Part shown: positions 18,203-27,738 of the stretch, one piece after another | Numbering within the stretch: the first letter of the stretch is position 1 | How the letters are laid out: every line of letters begins with the position of its first letter | Assembly: GCA_027050205.1 (NCBI GenBank) | Contig: JALUCS010000118.1 | Location: 4,382 to 68,381 of the forward strand | Reading direction: 5' to 3' | Length of the DNA: 64,000 bases | Source: a candidate division WOR-3 bacterium | GTDB lineage: Bacteria > Hydrothermota > Hydrothermia > LBFQ01 | Position numbers and translations under genes: made by a program | The notes under the pieces: generated by a model | Databases searched by the model: none | What the model was told of the DNA's origin: nothing | The model's input: the letters and a program-made list of their open reading frames with translations, nothing else

Positions 18203-19519
18203 ATGGAGGTAAGGGTGGCCCTTCCCGTAATGGACGTAGTCAGGATGAGGGGGGAGATGGTGGTGGAGGGTGGGATCAAGGCGGAGGAGGTGGAGGTTAG
18301 AGCGGTAGGGGGCGACCTGTGGGAGGGGTACGCTGTCTTCAGGCCCTCCCCCCTCGGAAAGCCCTTCGGGAGGTTCCACACCGAGAGGTGGGAGATGGTG
18401 GGCCTCTACCGGGACCTCGGCGAGGCCTACAGGGTGGCGAGGGAGGTCGGAGGGACCTACAGGACGTGGGTTGAGGGTTGGGGAGGGAAGATAGTGGCCG
18501 TAATAGACGGCCGGAGGTGGCTCCTGGACTCCCCCCTACAGGTGAGGGGAAGGGTCTGGATAGAGGAGGTCTGGGTGGGGAGGGGGTTCCACTGGGAGAG
18601 GAGGGAGAGGGCGGCCTACGAGGGGAAGTTCGCCATCTACGGTTGGGGGAAGGGTGTCAGGGTGGTGGTGGGAATGCCCCTTGAGACCTACATAGCCGCC
18701 GTCGCCTCCTCCGAGATGCACCCGGAGGCCCCCCTTGAGGCCCTAAAGGCCCAGGCCGTAGCCGCCCGTACCAACCTCTTCCGTACGGCGGGCAAGCACC
18801 ACCCGAACGAGCCTTTTGACGTATGCTCCGAGGACCACTGTCAGGTCTTCAGGGGCCTACATATAACGAGCGATAGGGCGGTTGAGGCCGCCGAGGGTAC
18901 GGCCGGTGAGGTACTGCTCTACGACGGGGAACCCATAGAGGCCCGGTACTCCAAGGCCTGTGGCGGCATAACGGAGACCTTCTCCGTCGTCTGGGGGGAG
19001 GGGGACAGGCCCTACTCCCCATCCTTCCGGGACTGGGAGGAGGAGGACGGGAGCGACGCCTCAACCGAAGAGGGTTTTCTCAAGTTCTACCCGGTTAAAG
19101 AATCCTTCTGCAACGTTTCATTCCCCGGCATAGAGAACCTCTACCGCTGGGAGGAGACCTACACGGGGGAGGAGCTGACGGAGAAAATGAAGGGCCTCGG
19201 TGTGGGGAAGGTACTGGCCATCGTACCCCTGAAGAGGGGGAGGTCGGGGAGAATATACGAGATGCGGATAGTTGGGGACAGAGGGGAGGTGGAGGTGGCC
19301 GGAGAGTACAGGATAAGGGAACTTCTAGGGAGGCCCTTCCTACCGTCCTCCGCCTTCGCCATAGACGTAGAGGGGGACCTAATCAGGTTGAGGGGTATGG
19401 GGTGGGGCCACGGCGTGGGAATGTGCCAGATGGGGGCGATAGGGATGGCCAAACGGGGGTACGGCTACCGGGATATCCTCGCCCACTACTACAGGGGGGC
19501 GGAGCTGACGAGGTTATAA
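18203..19519 (+). CDS. SpoIID/LytB-domain protein (peptidoglycan amidase enhancer / lytic transglycosylase family)
   Basis: The C-terminal [35 protein letters not shown] matches the SpoIID/LytB domain. The ATG at 18203 with a GAGGA RBS, just after the ispE stop, is preferred over the overlapping track start at 18092. Confidence 0.7.
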   Translation: MEVRVALPVMDVVRMRGEMVVEGGIKAEEVEVRAVGGDLWEGYAVFRPSPLGKPFGRFHTERWEMVGLYRDLGEAYRVAREVGGTYRTWVEGWGGKIVAVIDGRRWLLDSPLQVRGRVWIEEVWVGRGFHWERRERAAYEGKFAIYGWGKGVRVVVGMPLETYIAAVASSEMHPEAPLEALKAQAVAARTNLFRTAGKHHPNEPFDVCSEDHCQVFRGLHITSDRAVEAAEGTAGEVLLYDGEPIEARYSKACGGITETFSVVWGEGDRPYSPSFRDWEEEDGSDASTEEGFLKFYPVKESFCNVSFPGIENLYRWEETYTGEELTEKMKGLGVGKVLAIVPLKRGRSGRIYEMRIVGDRGEVEVAGEYRIRELLGRPFLPSSAFAIDVEGDLIRLRGMGWGHGVGMCQMGAIGMAKRGYGYRDILAHYYRGAELTRL

Positions 19520-19526
19520 TAGCCCC

Positions 19527-20372
19527 TTGCGGACCTGGAGGGATAGGCTCATCGTAGCCCTCGGTTTCTTTCTAACCTTCTTTGCCTTGGCCGTCCTCTT
19601 TACTTTGGTGGCCGACGTCTTTATGGACGCCCTCCCCCGTCTGAATATAAAGTTCCTGACCTCCTACCCCTCCCGCCACCCGGAACACGCCGGGATACTC
19701 CCCGCCCTCGTCGGCTCTATCTGGATAGGCATCCTTACCGCCTTAATCTCCTTCCCCCTCGGCGTCGCCACGGCCGTGTATCTGGAGGAGTACGCTCCAA
19801 AGAACCTCTTCACGGAGCTTCTGGAGATAAACATCGCCAACCTCGCCGGCGTCCCCTCCATAATCTACGGCATCCTCGGTTTGGAGCTGTTCGTGAGGGC
19901 AATGCACCTCGGAAAGAGCATAATCTCCGGCGCCCTGATCCTCGCCCTCCTCGTCCTTCCTATGATAGTGATAGCCTCCCGTGAGGCAATAAGGAACGTG
20001 CCATACACCATCCGAGAGGCGGCCTACGCCCTTGGGGCCTCCAAGTACCAGACCGTCCTCTACCAGGTGATACCGGCGGCCATGCCCGGAATACTGACGG
20101 GTACCATCCTTGCTATGTCCCGCGCCCTCGGTGAGACCGCCCCCTTGGTGATGGTGGGGGCCTTGACCTTCGTCGCCTTCATACCGGAGAGCATATTTGA
20201 CCCCTTCACCGTCCTGCCCATCCAGATCTTCAACTGGGTCTCCCGTCCCCAGAAGGAGTTCGCCACCAACGCCGCCGCCGCCATAGTCGTCCTCCTATTT
20301 CTAACCTTCTCCCTCAACTTTCTGGCCATATACCTGCGGAACAGGTACTCCAAGTACGGACGACCGGACTGA
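19527..20372 (+). CDS. pstA: ABC transporter permease, phosphate PstA-like
   Basis: EAA loop [45 protein letters not shown]. Six TM segments. No pstS, pstC or pstB nearby. Confidence 0.6.
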   Translation: MRTWRDRLIVALGFFLTFFALAVLFTLVADVFMDALPRLNIKFLTSYPSRHPEHAGILPALVGSIWIGILTALISFPLGVATAVYLEEYAPKNLFTELLEINIANLAGVPSIIYGILGLELFVRAMHLGKSIISGALILALLVLPMIVIASREAIRNVPYTIREAAYALGASKYQTVLYQVIPAAMPGILTGTILAMSRALGETAPLVMVGALTFVAFIPESIFDPFTVLPIQIFNWVSRPQKEFATNAAAAIVVLLFLTFSLNFLAIYLRNRYSKYGRPD

Positions 20373-21052
20373 TGTTCGTCCTGACGAAGGGAGAGGGCGT
20401 TCCCGTCCTTCTCATACACGGCGTAGCTGGGGACCACCGCATCTGGCACCCTCTCCTCCGGAAACCCTTACCGGGGTTCAGGTTTCTGGCCGTAGACCTT
20501 CCGGGCCACGGTAAGAGTGGGGGGAAGGCCCTTGGGAGGGTTGAGGACTACGCCCAGGCCATCCTTGAGGGGATAGGGGACGAGATAGCTGGGGGGATGG
20601 TGGTGGGCTTCTCAATGGGTGGAGGTGTGGCCGTAAGCCTGTACGCCCTGGCCCCGTCCCTCTTCAAGGCCTTGATCCTCGTAAGTAGCGCCTTCAGGAT
20701 GCCCCTCATATCTCCCACCTTGGGCAGGGAGGGGATGTGCCGGAGGATCTACCTCTCGGAGAGGTTGAGGAGGATGTGCCTAAGGGAGCTAAGGAGGGTA
20801 CCGGAAGAGGTGATGAAGACGGACAGGAGGGCGGCCGCCTACGACCTACTCGGATTGGCCCCTTCCGTTGAGGTCCCCGTCCTCTTCGTCTATGGCACAC
20901 TGGACGCCCTCCTAAGGAGGGAGTTCGTCTTAGAGAGCTTTCGCAGGGTCAGGAAGGCCTCCCTGTCCTTCGTCCCCTCCTCCCATATGCTACCCGTTGA
21001 GGCCCCGGAGGCCCTCCGGAGGGCCACGTTGAACTTCACTCTACGGCTTTAG
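20372..21052 (+). CDS. Alpha/beta-fold hydrolase
   Basis: LLIHGVAGDHRIW (HG oxyanion motif) and GFSMGGGVA (nucleophile elbow G-x-S-x-G). Confidence 0.7.
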   Translation: MFVLTKGEGVPVLLIHGVAGDHRIWHPLLRKPLPGFRFLAVDLPGHGKSGGKALGRVEDYAQAILEGIGDEIAGGMVVGFSMGGGVAVSLYALAPSLFKALILVSSAFRMPLISPTLGREGMCRRIYLSERLRRMCLRELRRVPEEVMKTDRRAAAYDLLGLAPSVEVPVLFVYGTLDALLRREFVLESFRRVRKASLSFVPSSHMLPVEAPEALRRATLNFTLRL

Positions 21053-21064
21053 AATTGACGAGCC

Positions 21065-22408
21065 ATGACACAGCTTGAGGCCGCAAGGCAAGGGAAAATA
21101 ACTCCCGAGATGGAGAAGGTTGCCAAGGACGAGGGCCTCCATCCGGAGGTCATCAGACAGGGTGTGGCCGAGGGAACCATCGTCATCCCCGCCAACAAGA
21201 TACACCTCTCCCGGAACCTTAAGAAGGTCGTCGGCATAGGGAAGGGCCTACGTACAAAGGTGAACGCCAACCTCGGTACGTCCTACGACTACGTTAACGT
21301 GGCCGAGGAGGTGGAGAAGCTCAAGGTGGCCGTTGAGGCCGGGGCCGACACCGTGATGGACCTATCAACGGGCGGGAACCTCCGGGCCATACGCCAGACC
21401 CTCATGGCCGTCGCCGAGGTACCCTTGGGGAGCGTACCCGTCTACGAGGCCGAGTTTGACGCCGCCCGGAAGAAGGGGTCCGTCTTCCACCTTGAGCCGG
21501 ACGACTTCCTTGAGGCCATAGAGAAGCACGCCCAGGACGGCGTAGACTTTATGACCATCCACGCCGGCATCACCCTTGAGGGGCTGCGGTTCATGAAGGA
21601 ACAGGGCCGCACCACGTGGGTGGTCTCCAGAGGGGGAGGCCTCCTCGCCGCCTGGATGATGTATCACAACCGGGAGAACCCCCTGTACGAGCGGTTTGAC
21701 GACATCCTTGACATAATGAAGACCTACGACGTCACCGTCAGCCTCGGCGACTCCCTCAGGCCCGGAAGCATAGCCGACAGCTTTGACAGGCCGCAGATAC
21801 ACGAGCTTCTGGTCTTGGGTGAGTTGGTGGACAGGGCCCGCAAGGCCGGGGTGCAGGTGATGGTTGAGGGGCCGGGCCACGTCCCCCTGAACGAGATAGA
21901 GGCCCAGGTGATAGCCGAGAAGAAGATATGCAAGGGGGCGCCCTTCTACGTCCTCGGACCCCTCCCGACGGACGTCGGGGCCGGATGGGACCACATAACC
22001 GGGGCCATAGGTGGAGCCTTGGCCGCTGCCGCCGGCGTGGACTTCCTCTGCTACGTGACGCCAGCCGAACACCTCGGCCTACCCACGCCCGAACACGTGA
22101 GGACCGGGGTAATAGCCTTCCGCATAGCCGCCCACATCGGAGACATAGTCAAGGGGGTGAAGGGGGCCTACGAGTGGGACCTCGCTATGTCCCGCGCCCG
22201 CTACGCCCTTGATTGGGAGGCCCAGCTCAAGTTGGCCCTTGACCCCGTAAAGGCGAGGGAGATCTACGAGATGAGGGCGTCCAAGACGGAGGCCTGCTCT
22301 ATGTGCGGACCCTTCTGCCCGATGAACTTGGTTGAGAAGTTCCTGAAGGACGCCAAGAAGGCCCGCGAGGAGGTCAGGCAGGTTCTGGAGGAGATGGCCA
22401 CCGCCTAA
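21065..22408 (+). CDS. thiC: Phosphomethylpyrimidine synthase (HMP-P synthase, radical SAM)
   Basis: Full-length ThiC-like sequence with the C-terminal [10 protein letters not shown] cluster motif. Confidence 0.9.
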   Translation: MTQLEAARQGKITPEMEKVAKDEGLHPEVIRQGVAEGTIVIPANKIHLSRNLKKVVGIGKGLRTKVNANLGTSYDYVNVAEEVEKLKVAVEAGADTVMDLSTGGNLRAIRQTLMAVAEVPLGSVPVYEAEFDAARKKGSVFHLEPDDFLEAIEKHAQDGVDFMTIHAGITLEGLRFMKEQGRTTWVVSRGGGLLAAWMMYHNRENPLYERFDDILDIMKTYDVTVSLGDSLRPGSIADSFDRPQIHELLVLGELVDRARKAGVQVMVEGPGHVPLNEIEAQVIAEKKICKGAPFYVLGPLPTDVGAGWDHITGAIGGALAAAAGVDFLCYVTPAEHLGLPTPEHVRTGVIAFRIAAHIGDIVKGVKGAYEWDLAMSRARYALDWEAQLKLALDPVKAREIYEMRASKTEACSMCGPFCPMNLVEKFLKDAKKAREEVRQVLEEMATA

Positions 22409-22411
22409 GGG

Positions 22412-23179
22412 CTATATCCAGCCGTAGGTGGGAGGGGAGATCCTTATTATTCGCATAACGTTGAAGTACTTGAACCTCCCCTCCCCCGTATCCCCTATGA
22501 CGTAACTCTTCAGGATGGTAATGGGTCGGATGTTCCACTCGGAAAGGCCGTAGCGGTGGGAGTAGTACTTGATGTTCACCCAGCCGTACTGCCGGGCGAC
22601 CCGCAGTATGTCCACCGATTTGGCCGGGAAGTTGGACAGGGTTAGGCTCTCAAGACCCTCCACATCGCTGAATATCTCCGGCTTCCTTTCCCTTAAAGCC
22701 CTGAATACCTTGCGGGTTATACGGGCATCCGCCAAGGCCCGGTGGTTCTTCCTCACCTCTATGCCGAGGTACCTCGCCAGTCTCTCTAAGGAGTTGGGGG
22801 CGTCCTCGTATATGACCTTGGCTATCTGCTTCACGTCCACGACGTAGTTCAGGAGGGGTGGCTCCCCCAGGCGGTAGAACTCAAAGTTCAGGAAGGGGAT
22901 GTCCAAGCTCAAGAGGTTGAATCCCACGATTATAGCGTCCTCTAAGAGGGGTCGCAGCTCGTCCTTTACCTCGGCGAAGGTGGGCGCCCCCTTGACGTCG
23001 TCGTATCCTATCCCGTGGACCTGAAACGCCCTCCTCTTTATGGGGGCCTGGGGGTTGAGGAGGAATGCCCTCTCTTCCGGCCTACCCCTCTCTCCTTTCA
23101 CCACTAAGCCTATCTCAACTATCCTGTCCCTCCGGAAGTCCGTCCCCGTCGTCTCAATGTCCAGAAACACCCACTTCAA
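22412..23179 (-). CDS. DnaQ-like (DEDDh) 3'-5' exonuclease domain protein with a C-terminal extension
   Basis: Exo I FLDIETTG. Exo III HRALADARIT. About 90 aa extra at the C-terminus. Confidence 0.75.
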   Translation of the reverse strand: MKWVFLDIETTGTDFRRDRIVEIGLVVKGERGRPEERAFLLNPQAPIKRRAFQVHGIGYDDVKGAPTFAEVKDELRPLLEDAIIVGFNLLSLDIPFLNFEFYRLGEPPLLNYVVDVKQIAKVIYEDAPNSLERLARYLGIEVRKNHRALADARITRKVFRALRERKPEIFSDVEGLESLTLSNFPAKSVDILRVARQYGWVNIKYYSHRYGLSEWNIRPITILKSYVIGDTGEGRFKYFNVMRIIRISPPTYGWI

Positions 23180-23196
23180 GGCGTTATTCTAAGGCC

Positions 23197-24792
23197 CTAC
23201 CTGAACCAGAGGCCAAGGCCTACGGAGAGGACGGAGTGGATCCGCCTTTCCTCCTTGTCCTTGGAAGATAAGGCCCTACCTATCTCCTCCAACCTCATCC
23301 TCTCCAGGGCGAGCATCACCGTCCAGGGGGTCTTCCCGTACCGGTACCATAGGGTGGTCCTCAAGGCGAGGGGCTTGGAGTTCCCATCCCTTAGTACGGT
23401 TGGCCCGAAGGTCGCCCTAAGGTTCCCGCGGCGGTATATCCCCTCCAACCGGACTATCTCGTTCCCCCCGGAGAAGGCCACCACCTTGACGATGGGAGAG
23501 CCTACGCCGAAGCCCCAACCGGCGTTCTTTACGAGGTACAGGGAGGTACTCCACAGGTCGGTATGGACTGCCGCCGTTATCTCGTACCTGTCGGAGGGGG
23601 GGAGGGAGTTCCGGCCCTCTATAAGCTCGTCCGGGTTACCCCTAAGGAAGTACAGGCCCACCTGAAACTCCTCAACGTGTTCCCTCCAAGCCTTCAGGCG
23701 GGAGGACGAAGAAGAGGACGATGAGAGGGAGACCTTTACGGAGCTTGAGGTGGTATCGGTGGAGGTCGTATCCCTTCGGATCTCAACCGGCTCCGGTTCG
23801 CTCTCCTCCTCATCCTTGCCCGTGGTGTCGGGGTTGAGGAGTTTCTCCACCGTCTCCTTGTTGTAGTTGTCGTCAAAGAGGGAGGGCTTCAGCTTGTAGG
23901 CCGTCTTGTACTCCCTGTTGGCTATCTCGTAGGCCTTGTACTTGTATGCCAAAAAGCCGTAGAAGAAGTGTCCCTCGGCGTAATCCGGGTCCAGCTCTAT
24001 AGCCTTCTGGGCGTGGTCTATGGCCGCCTCGTAGTCCTTGAACATCAGGGCCTTCATAAGCCCCCTTCCCAACTCCTCGTAGGCCTCATATACTTCCGTA
24101 CCGGCGTAATGGCCCTTGGTTATGTGCCTAAGCTCTATGTTCCGCAGTACCTTCTTAACGACGGGGACGGGGATAGCGTAGGCCAGACCTTCCCGCCCCT
24201 CCCCCTCTCTGGCAAACACGACCCCCACGACGTCCCCCTTGCCGTCCAACAGCGGCCCTCCGGAGTTCCCCGGATTTACGCTCATATTCAGGAGGATGGG
24301 GTTATCGTCCTTGTCCGAGGCGACGAAGCCGAAAACCACCTTCAGTTTGTTGTCGTGGTAGGAGGTGCCGGGAAACCCCAGGGCTGCCACCGGCTCCCCC
24401 TGACGGAGGTACTTCCGGTTAGACAGGTGGAGGTACTTGAAGTTCTCCCCCACCACCCTAAGGACGGCTATGTCGTTGTCGGGGTCGTCGTACAGCAACT
24501 CGGCGAAGTAGAGACTCTCCATCAACTCCTTGAAGTTCTCCGTCTTGGCGTCGCTCAAAATTATGGCTATTACCTTCGCCTTACGCACCACGTGGCTGTT
24601 GGTGATTATGGTACCCGTTGAGTCTATGAAGAAGCCGCTTCCGAGGGATACGTTCCAGTCCGCCACCACGTCTCCCATCGCCCTTAGTTTGGGGAGTCCG
24701 AAGGCCAGTATCCGTACGACCGCCTTCTTCCTGTCCTCCGTAAGGACGGCATCCCAGTTGGGTAGGGTTATCTGTCCGAGGGCAAAGAGCAT
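23197..24792 (-). CDS. Trypsin-like (S1C) serine peptidase domain protein with TPR-like and C-terminal domains
   Basis: GNSGGPLLDGKGDVVGV (the catalytic Ser motif GNSGGP) and TNSHVV (His region). TPR-like helices. A run of 8 Ser. Confidence 0.7.
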   Translation of the reverse strand: MLFALGQITLPNWDAVLTEDRKKAVVRILAFGLPKLRAMGDVVADWNVSLGSGFFIDSTGTIITNSHVVRKAKVIAIILSDAKTENFKELMESLYFAELLYDDPDNDIAVLRVVGENFKYLHLSNRKYLRQGEPVAALGFPGTSYHDNKLKVVFGFVASDKDDNPILLNMSVNPGNSGGPLLDGKGDVVGVVFAREGEGREGLAYAIPVPVVKKVLRNIELRHITKGHYAGTEVYEAYEELGRGLMKALMFKDYEAAIDHAQKAIELDPDYAEGHFFYGFLAYKYKAYEIANREYKTAYKLKPSLFDDNYNKETVEKLLNPDTTGKDEEESEPEPVEIRRDTTSTDTTSSSVKVSLSSSSSSSSRLKAWREHVEEFQVGLYFLRGNPDELIEGRNSLPPSDRYEITAAVHTDLWSTSLYLVKNAGWGFGVGSPIVKVVAFSGGNEIVRLEGIYRRGNLRATFGPTVLRDGNSKPLALRTTLWYRYGKTPWTVMLALERMRLEEIGRALSSKDKEERRIHSVLSVGLGLWFR

Positions 24793-24801
24793 CGTTTTAT
24801 T

Positions 24802-25536
24802 TTAAAGGCGATTACCTTCTGCCTTCAAGAAGAGGTCCAGCCAAGTCTCCGGGCTAACCTCCTCCGGCCTGCGGTGGGCGAGGTCCGGCGGTACCCCCTT
24901 GAGGGTGTTCTTCAGCTTCTTCCTGCGCCTGCCGAAGGGTACCTTCAGGAACTTGAGGAACCTAAGGGCGTCTATGCCCAGCCTATCCTCCCGTGGAACG
25001 AGCCGGATGAGGGCGGAATGCACCTTCGGGACTGGGGAGAAGGCCGTTCGTGGTACGTTGAAGAGTAGCCGGGGGGTAAAGAGGGTACGGGTCAGGACGG
25101 TGAAGGGGCCGTAGGCTTTCGTTCTCTCCTTCGCTACGAGCCTCTCGGCCACCTCCTTCTGGAGGATGAGGTGGATGTCCCGGTACAGGGGACGCTCTCC
25201 AAAGACCTTGAGGAGGAGGTCGTGGGTTATGTGGTATGGGACGGAAGAGAAGAACCTCACCCTGTCCGTTATTCCCCTCTCCCTAAGGAGGGCGGCTACG
25301 TCCGTCTTTAGGTAGTCCCCGCATACGGCGTCTATTCCCTTCCGCCTAAGGGCCATGCACAGGAAGGTGTCTATCTCAACGGCTACCACCCTCGCCCCCG
25401 CCTTCACAAGGGGGAAGGTTATGACACCGAGGCCCGGTCCCACCTCAACGAAGGTCTCCCCTTCCTTCGGGTCCACCGCCTCCACTATCTTCCTTACCGT
25501 CCTCTCATCCCGGAGGAAGACTTGGCTTAACTTCAC
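24802..25536 (-). CDS. rsmA: 16S rRNA (adenine1518-N6/adenine1519-N6)-dimethyltransferase
   Basis: KsgA signature VEVGPGLGVITFPL. Confidence 0.85.
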   Translation of the reverse strand: MKLSQVFLRDERTVRKIVEAVDPKEGETFVEVGPGLGVITFPLVKAGARVVAVEIDTFLCMALRRKGIDAVCGDYLKTDVAALLRERGITDRVRFFSSVPYHITHDLLLKVFGERPLYRDIHLILQKEVAERLVAKERTKAYGPFTVLTRTLFTPRLLFNVPRTAFSPVPKVHSALIRLVPREDRLGIDALRFLKFLKVPFGRRRKKLKNTLKGVPPDLAHRRPEEVSPETWLDLFLKAEGNRL

Positions 25537-26471
25537 TTCAGGAGGGGGGACCTGAATGTGATTATCCCTCCGGGACCGTAGGCCAAGACGAGGTACTTAC
25601 CGTAAGCCCCCGCATCGTACAGGTACTGGCCGTTGGTGTAGTAGGCCGAGAGCAGGGGGGAGGAGGGCTGGGCGAGGGAGTAGAGTTTGGCACCGTTGCT
25701 GCCGAAGAGGCCTATCAGGACCTTTTTGTACCTGCGAAGGGCGAAGACGGGATGTTGGGTCTTCACCTCACCGACGAGGGGCTGCTCTCCCTTGCTTACG
25801 TCTATGACCTTTATCCCTCCTTTGGCGCAGGCGAGATACACGTAGTTCCCGTAGGGTTCCGCGTCTATTACGGGTGAGCCGTCGGAAGGTTGGTAACGGT
25901 AGACCTGCTCTATCTTCCCGTCCTCTACCTTGAAGATGAAGAGGCCGTCCTTGCCGGCGGATACGTAGAGGTACGGAAAGACGACCTTCAGGGAGGTGCC
26001 GGTGAAACCGGAGAAGGGGACGCTCCCGGCGTCTTGGGGGTCGGTTGGGTTCGTAAGGTCGTATATCTCCAGACCGGTGGAGGTCAGGACGAAGAGGTAC
26101 CTTGATCCGACGGCTACGTTTATGATGTTTCCACCCGTCGTTAGGCTGGTTTTGAGCTGTCCCTTCTGGAAGTCTACTACATCTATGGTGGGGGCGGTAC
26201 GGGTGTTGTATGCCACGTACATAGTCCCCTTGTAATAGACGACGTCAACGGGTCTCTCGCCGGTTACGTACTCTGGGAGCCTTACACCCTTAACGGAGTC
26301 CGTCAAGGAGACGAGGTTGAGGATCTTGACACCGTCCTCCTTGGCTACGAAGAGGAACCCCCCAACGAGGTGTATCTTCCTGACGTCGCCGAAGGTCCAG
26401 GTCCTGAACTTGTGGAGGCGGTAAATCTCCTCCTGTCCGCCCCCCAACTGCGTTATCAGAAAGGTTATCAT
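25533..26471 (-). CDS. Beta-propeller repeat protein (LVIVD-like repeats), hypothetical
   Basis: Repeated ~45-aa units with the YV...G..I.D pattern. Overlaps the rsmA start and the gap stop by 4 nt, consistent with operon packing. Confidence 0.5.
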   Translation of the reverse strand: MITFLITQLGGGQEEIYRLHKFRTWTFGDVRKIHLVGGFLFVAKEDGVKILNLVSLTDSVKGVRLPEYVTGERPVDVVYYKGTMYVAYNTRTAPTIDVVDFQKGQLKTSLTTGGNIINVAVGSRYLFVLTSTGLEIYDLTNPTDPQDAGSVPFSGFTGTSLKVVFPYLYVSAGKDGLFIFKVEDGKIEQVYRYQPSDGSPVIDAEPYGNYVYLACAKGGIKVIDVSKGEQPLVGEVKTQHPVFALRRYKKVLIGLFGSNGAKLYSLAQPSSPLLSAYYTNGQYLYDAGAYGKYLVLAYGPGGIITFRSPLLK

Positions 26472-27463
26472 CCCTTCAGGTACTCAATTATATCCACCAC
26501 ACGGTTAGAGTACCCCCACTCGTTGTCGTACCAGCCGAAGATCTTGAAGAGCCTCGTACCCTCTACGGAGCGGGTTAGGGGGGCGTCTATGACGACGGTA
26601 CGGTCCTCCCCTTTGAAGTCTACGGAGACGAGTTCCTCGTAGGTTATGCCGAGTAGGCCCTTCAGGTCCCCTCTGGCGGCCTCTTCGTAGGCGGCGTGTA
26701 TCTCATCAATCGTCGCGTCCTTCTCCAGCTCTACGGTGAAGTCTACGATGGACGGGACGGGTACGGGTACCCTAAGGGCGACGGCGTCCAACTTCCCCTT
26801 GAGGTCGGGGTATATCTCGTAGATGGTCTTGGCCGCACCCGTCGTGGTGGGTACTATGCTTAGGGCGGCGGCCCTGGCCCGACGGAGGTTCTTGTGGGGC
26901 GCATCAAGGAGCCTCTGGTCGTTGGTGTATCCGTGGACGGTGGTCATAAGGCCGTACTTCAGGCCGAACCTCTCCCTTAGGACCTTTATCATCAGGGCGA
27001 AGGCGTTGGTGGTGCAGGAGGCTGCGGATATGACCCTGTGCTTCTCCCTGTCTATGGCCGTATGGTTGGCGCCGTAGACGACGGTTACGTCCGCCCTGTC
27101 TTTGGCAGGGGCGGTTATCAGCACCCACTTGGCCCCGGCCTCTATGTGCTTGTGGGCCTTGTCGTAATGGCGGAACTTGCCCGTTGCCTCCACGACCAGC
27201 TCCACGCCCCAGTCTCCCCACTTGAACTCGGAGGGGTCAGGTATTGATAGGACCTTTATCTCCTTGCCATCGACGAAGATGCTGTCGCCCTTGCTCTCCA
27301 CATGGGCGTCGTACTTACCGTAGGTGGAATCGTACTTGAGGAGGTGGGCGAGGGTGCGGGCGTCCGCGAGGTCGTTGATGTAGGCCACCTCTATACCCCT
27401 CCGGTGCGCTATCTTAAAGACCTGCCTCCCTATCCTTCCGAAACCGTTGATGGCTATCCTCAT
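26468..27463 (-). CDS. gap: Glyceraldehyde-3-phosphate dehydrogenase, type I
   Basis: N-terminal INGFGRIGR (NAD-binding). Active-site segment SAASCTTNA. C-terminal WYDNEWGYSNRVVD. Confidence 0.9.
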   Translation of the reverse strand: MRIAINGFGRIGRQVFKIAHRRGIEVAYINDLADARTLAHLLKYDSTYGKYDAHVESKGDSIFVDGKEIKVLSIPDPSEFKWGDWGVELVVEATGKFRHYDKAHKHIEAGAKWVLITAPAKDRADVTVVYGANHTAIDREKHRVISAASCTTNAFALMIKVLRERFGLKYGLMTTVHGYTNDQRLLDAPHKNLRRARAAALSIVPTTTGAAKTIYEIYPDLKGKLDAVALRVPVPVPSIVDFTVELEKDATIDEIHAAYEEAARGDLKGLLGITYEELVSVDFKGEDRTVVIDAPLTRSVEGTRLFKIFGWYDNEWGYSNRVVDIIEYLKG

Positions 27464-27465
27464 GG

Positions 27466-27684
27466 CTACAGTTCCTCCTCTATGTCAAAGGCCTCCTCTT
27501 CAAGACGCTCCTTTATCTGCTCGAACTTACCGACGGAATCTACGAGCCTGTCAAGGAGCCTGTCGGATTCCTCCCTTATCTTCTCCCTAACCTCGTCCCC
27601 GGTGTAAGGGGTAAGGAGGAGGGTCGCCAGGGCGCCCACCACCACCCCTACGACAAAGGAAACGATGACCTTTTCATTCCGCAT
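27466..27684 (-). CDS. YtxH-like small membrane-anchored protein
   Basis: 72 aa. An N-terminal TM segment followed by a charged helical region (GDEVREKIREE), typical of the YtxH/DUF948 family. Confidence 0.45.
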   Translation of the reverse strand: MRNEKVIVSFVVGVVVGALATLLLTPYTGDEVREKIREESDRLLDRLVDSVGKFEQIKERLEEEAFDIEEEL

Positions 27685-27738
27685 AACAGGGTATTATACC
27701 GCTGTCGGGCGGCTTTAAAGGAAAATCCACCGCCTCCC

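Noticed and set aside
21052-21064. TPP riboswitch expected upstream of thiC
   Set aside because: Only 12 nt separate thiC from the preceding hydrolase gene. No THI-box-like sequence (CUGAGA...ACCUGAUCUGGAUAAUGCCAGCG) was seen nearby. Regulation, if any, must lie upstream of the operon.
23700-23740. Poly-serine run (SSSSSSSS) in the S1C protease as a possible slippage-prone repeat
   Set aside because: It is encoded by mixed Ser codons (tcc/tct/tcg), not a homopolymeric or simple-sequence repeat. No phase-variation signature.
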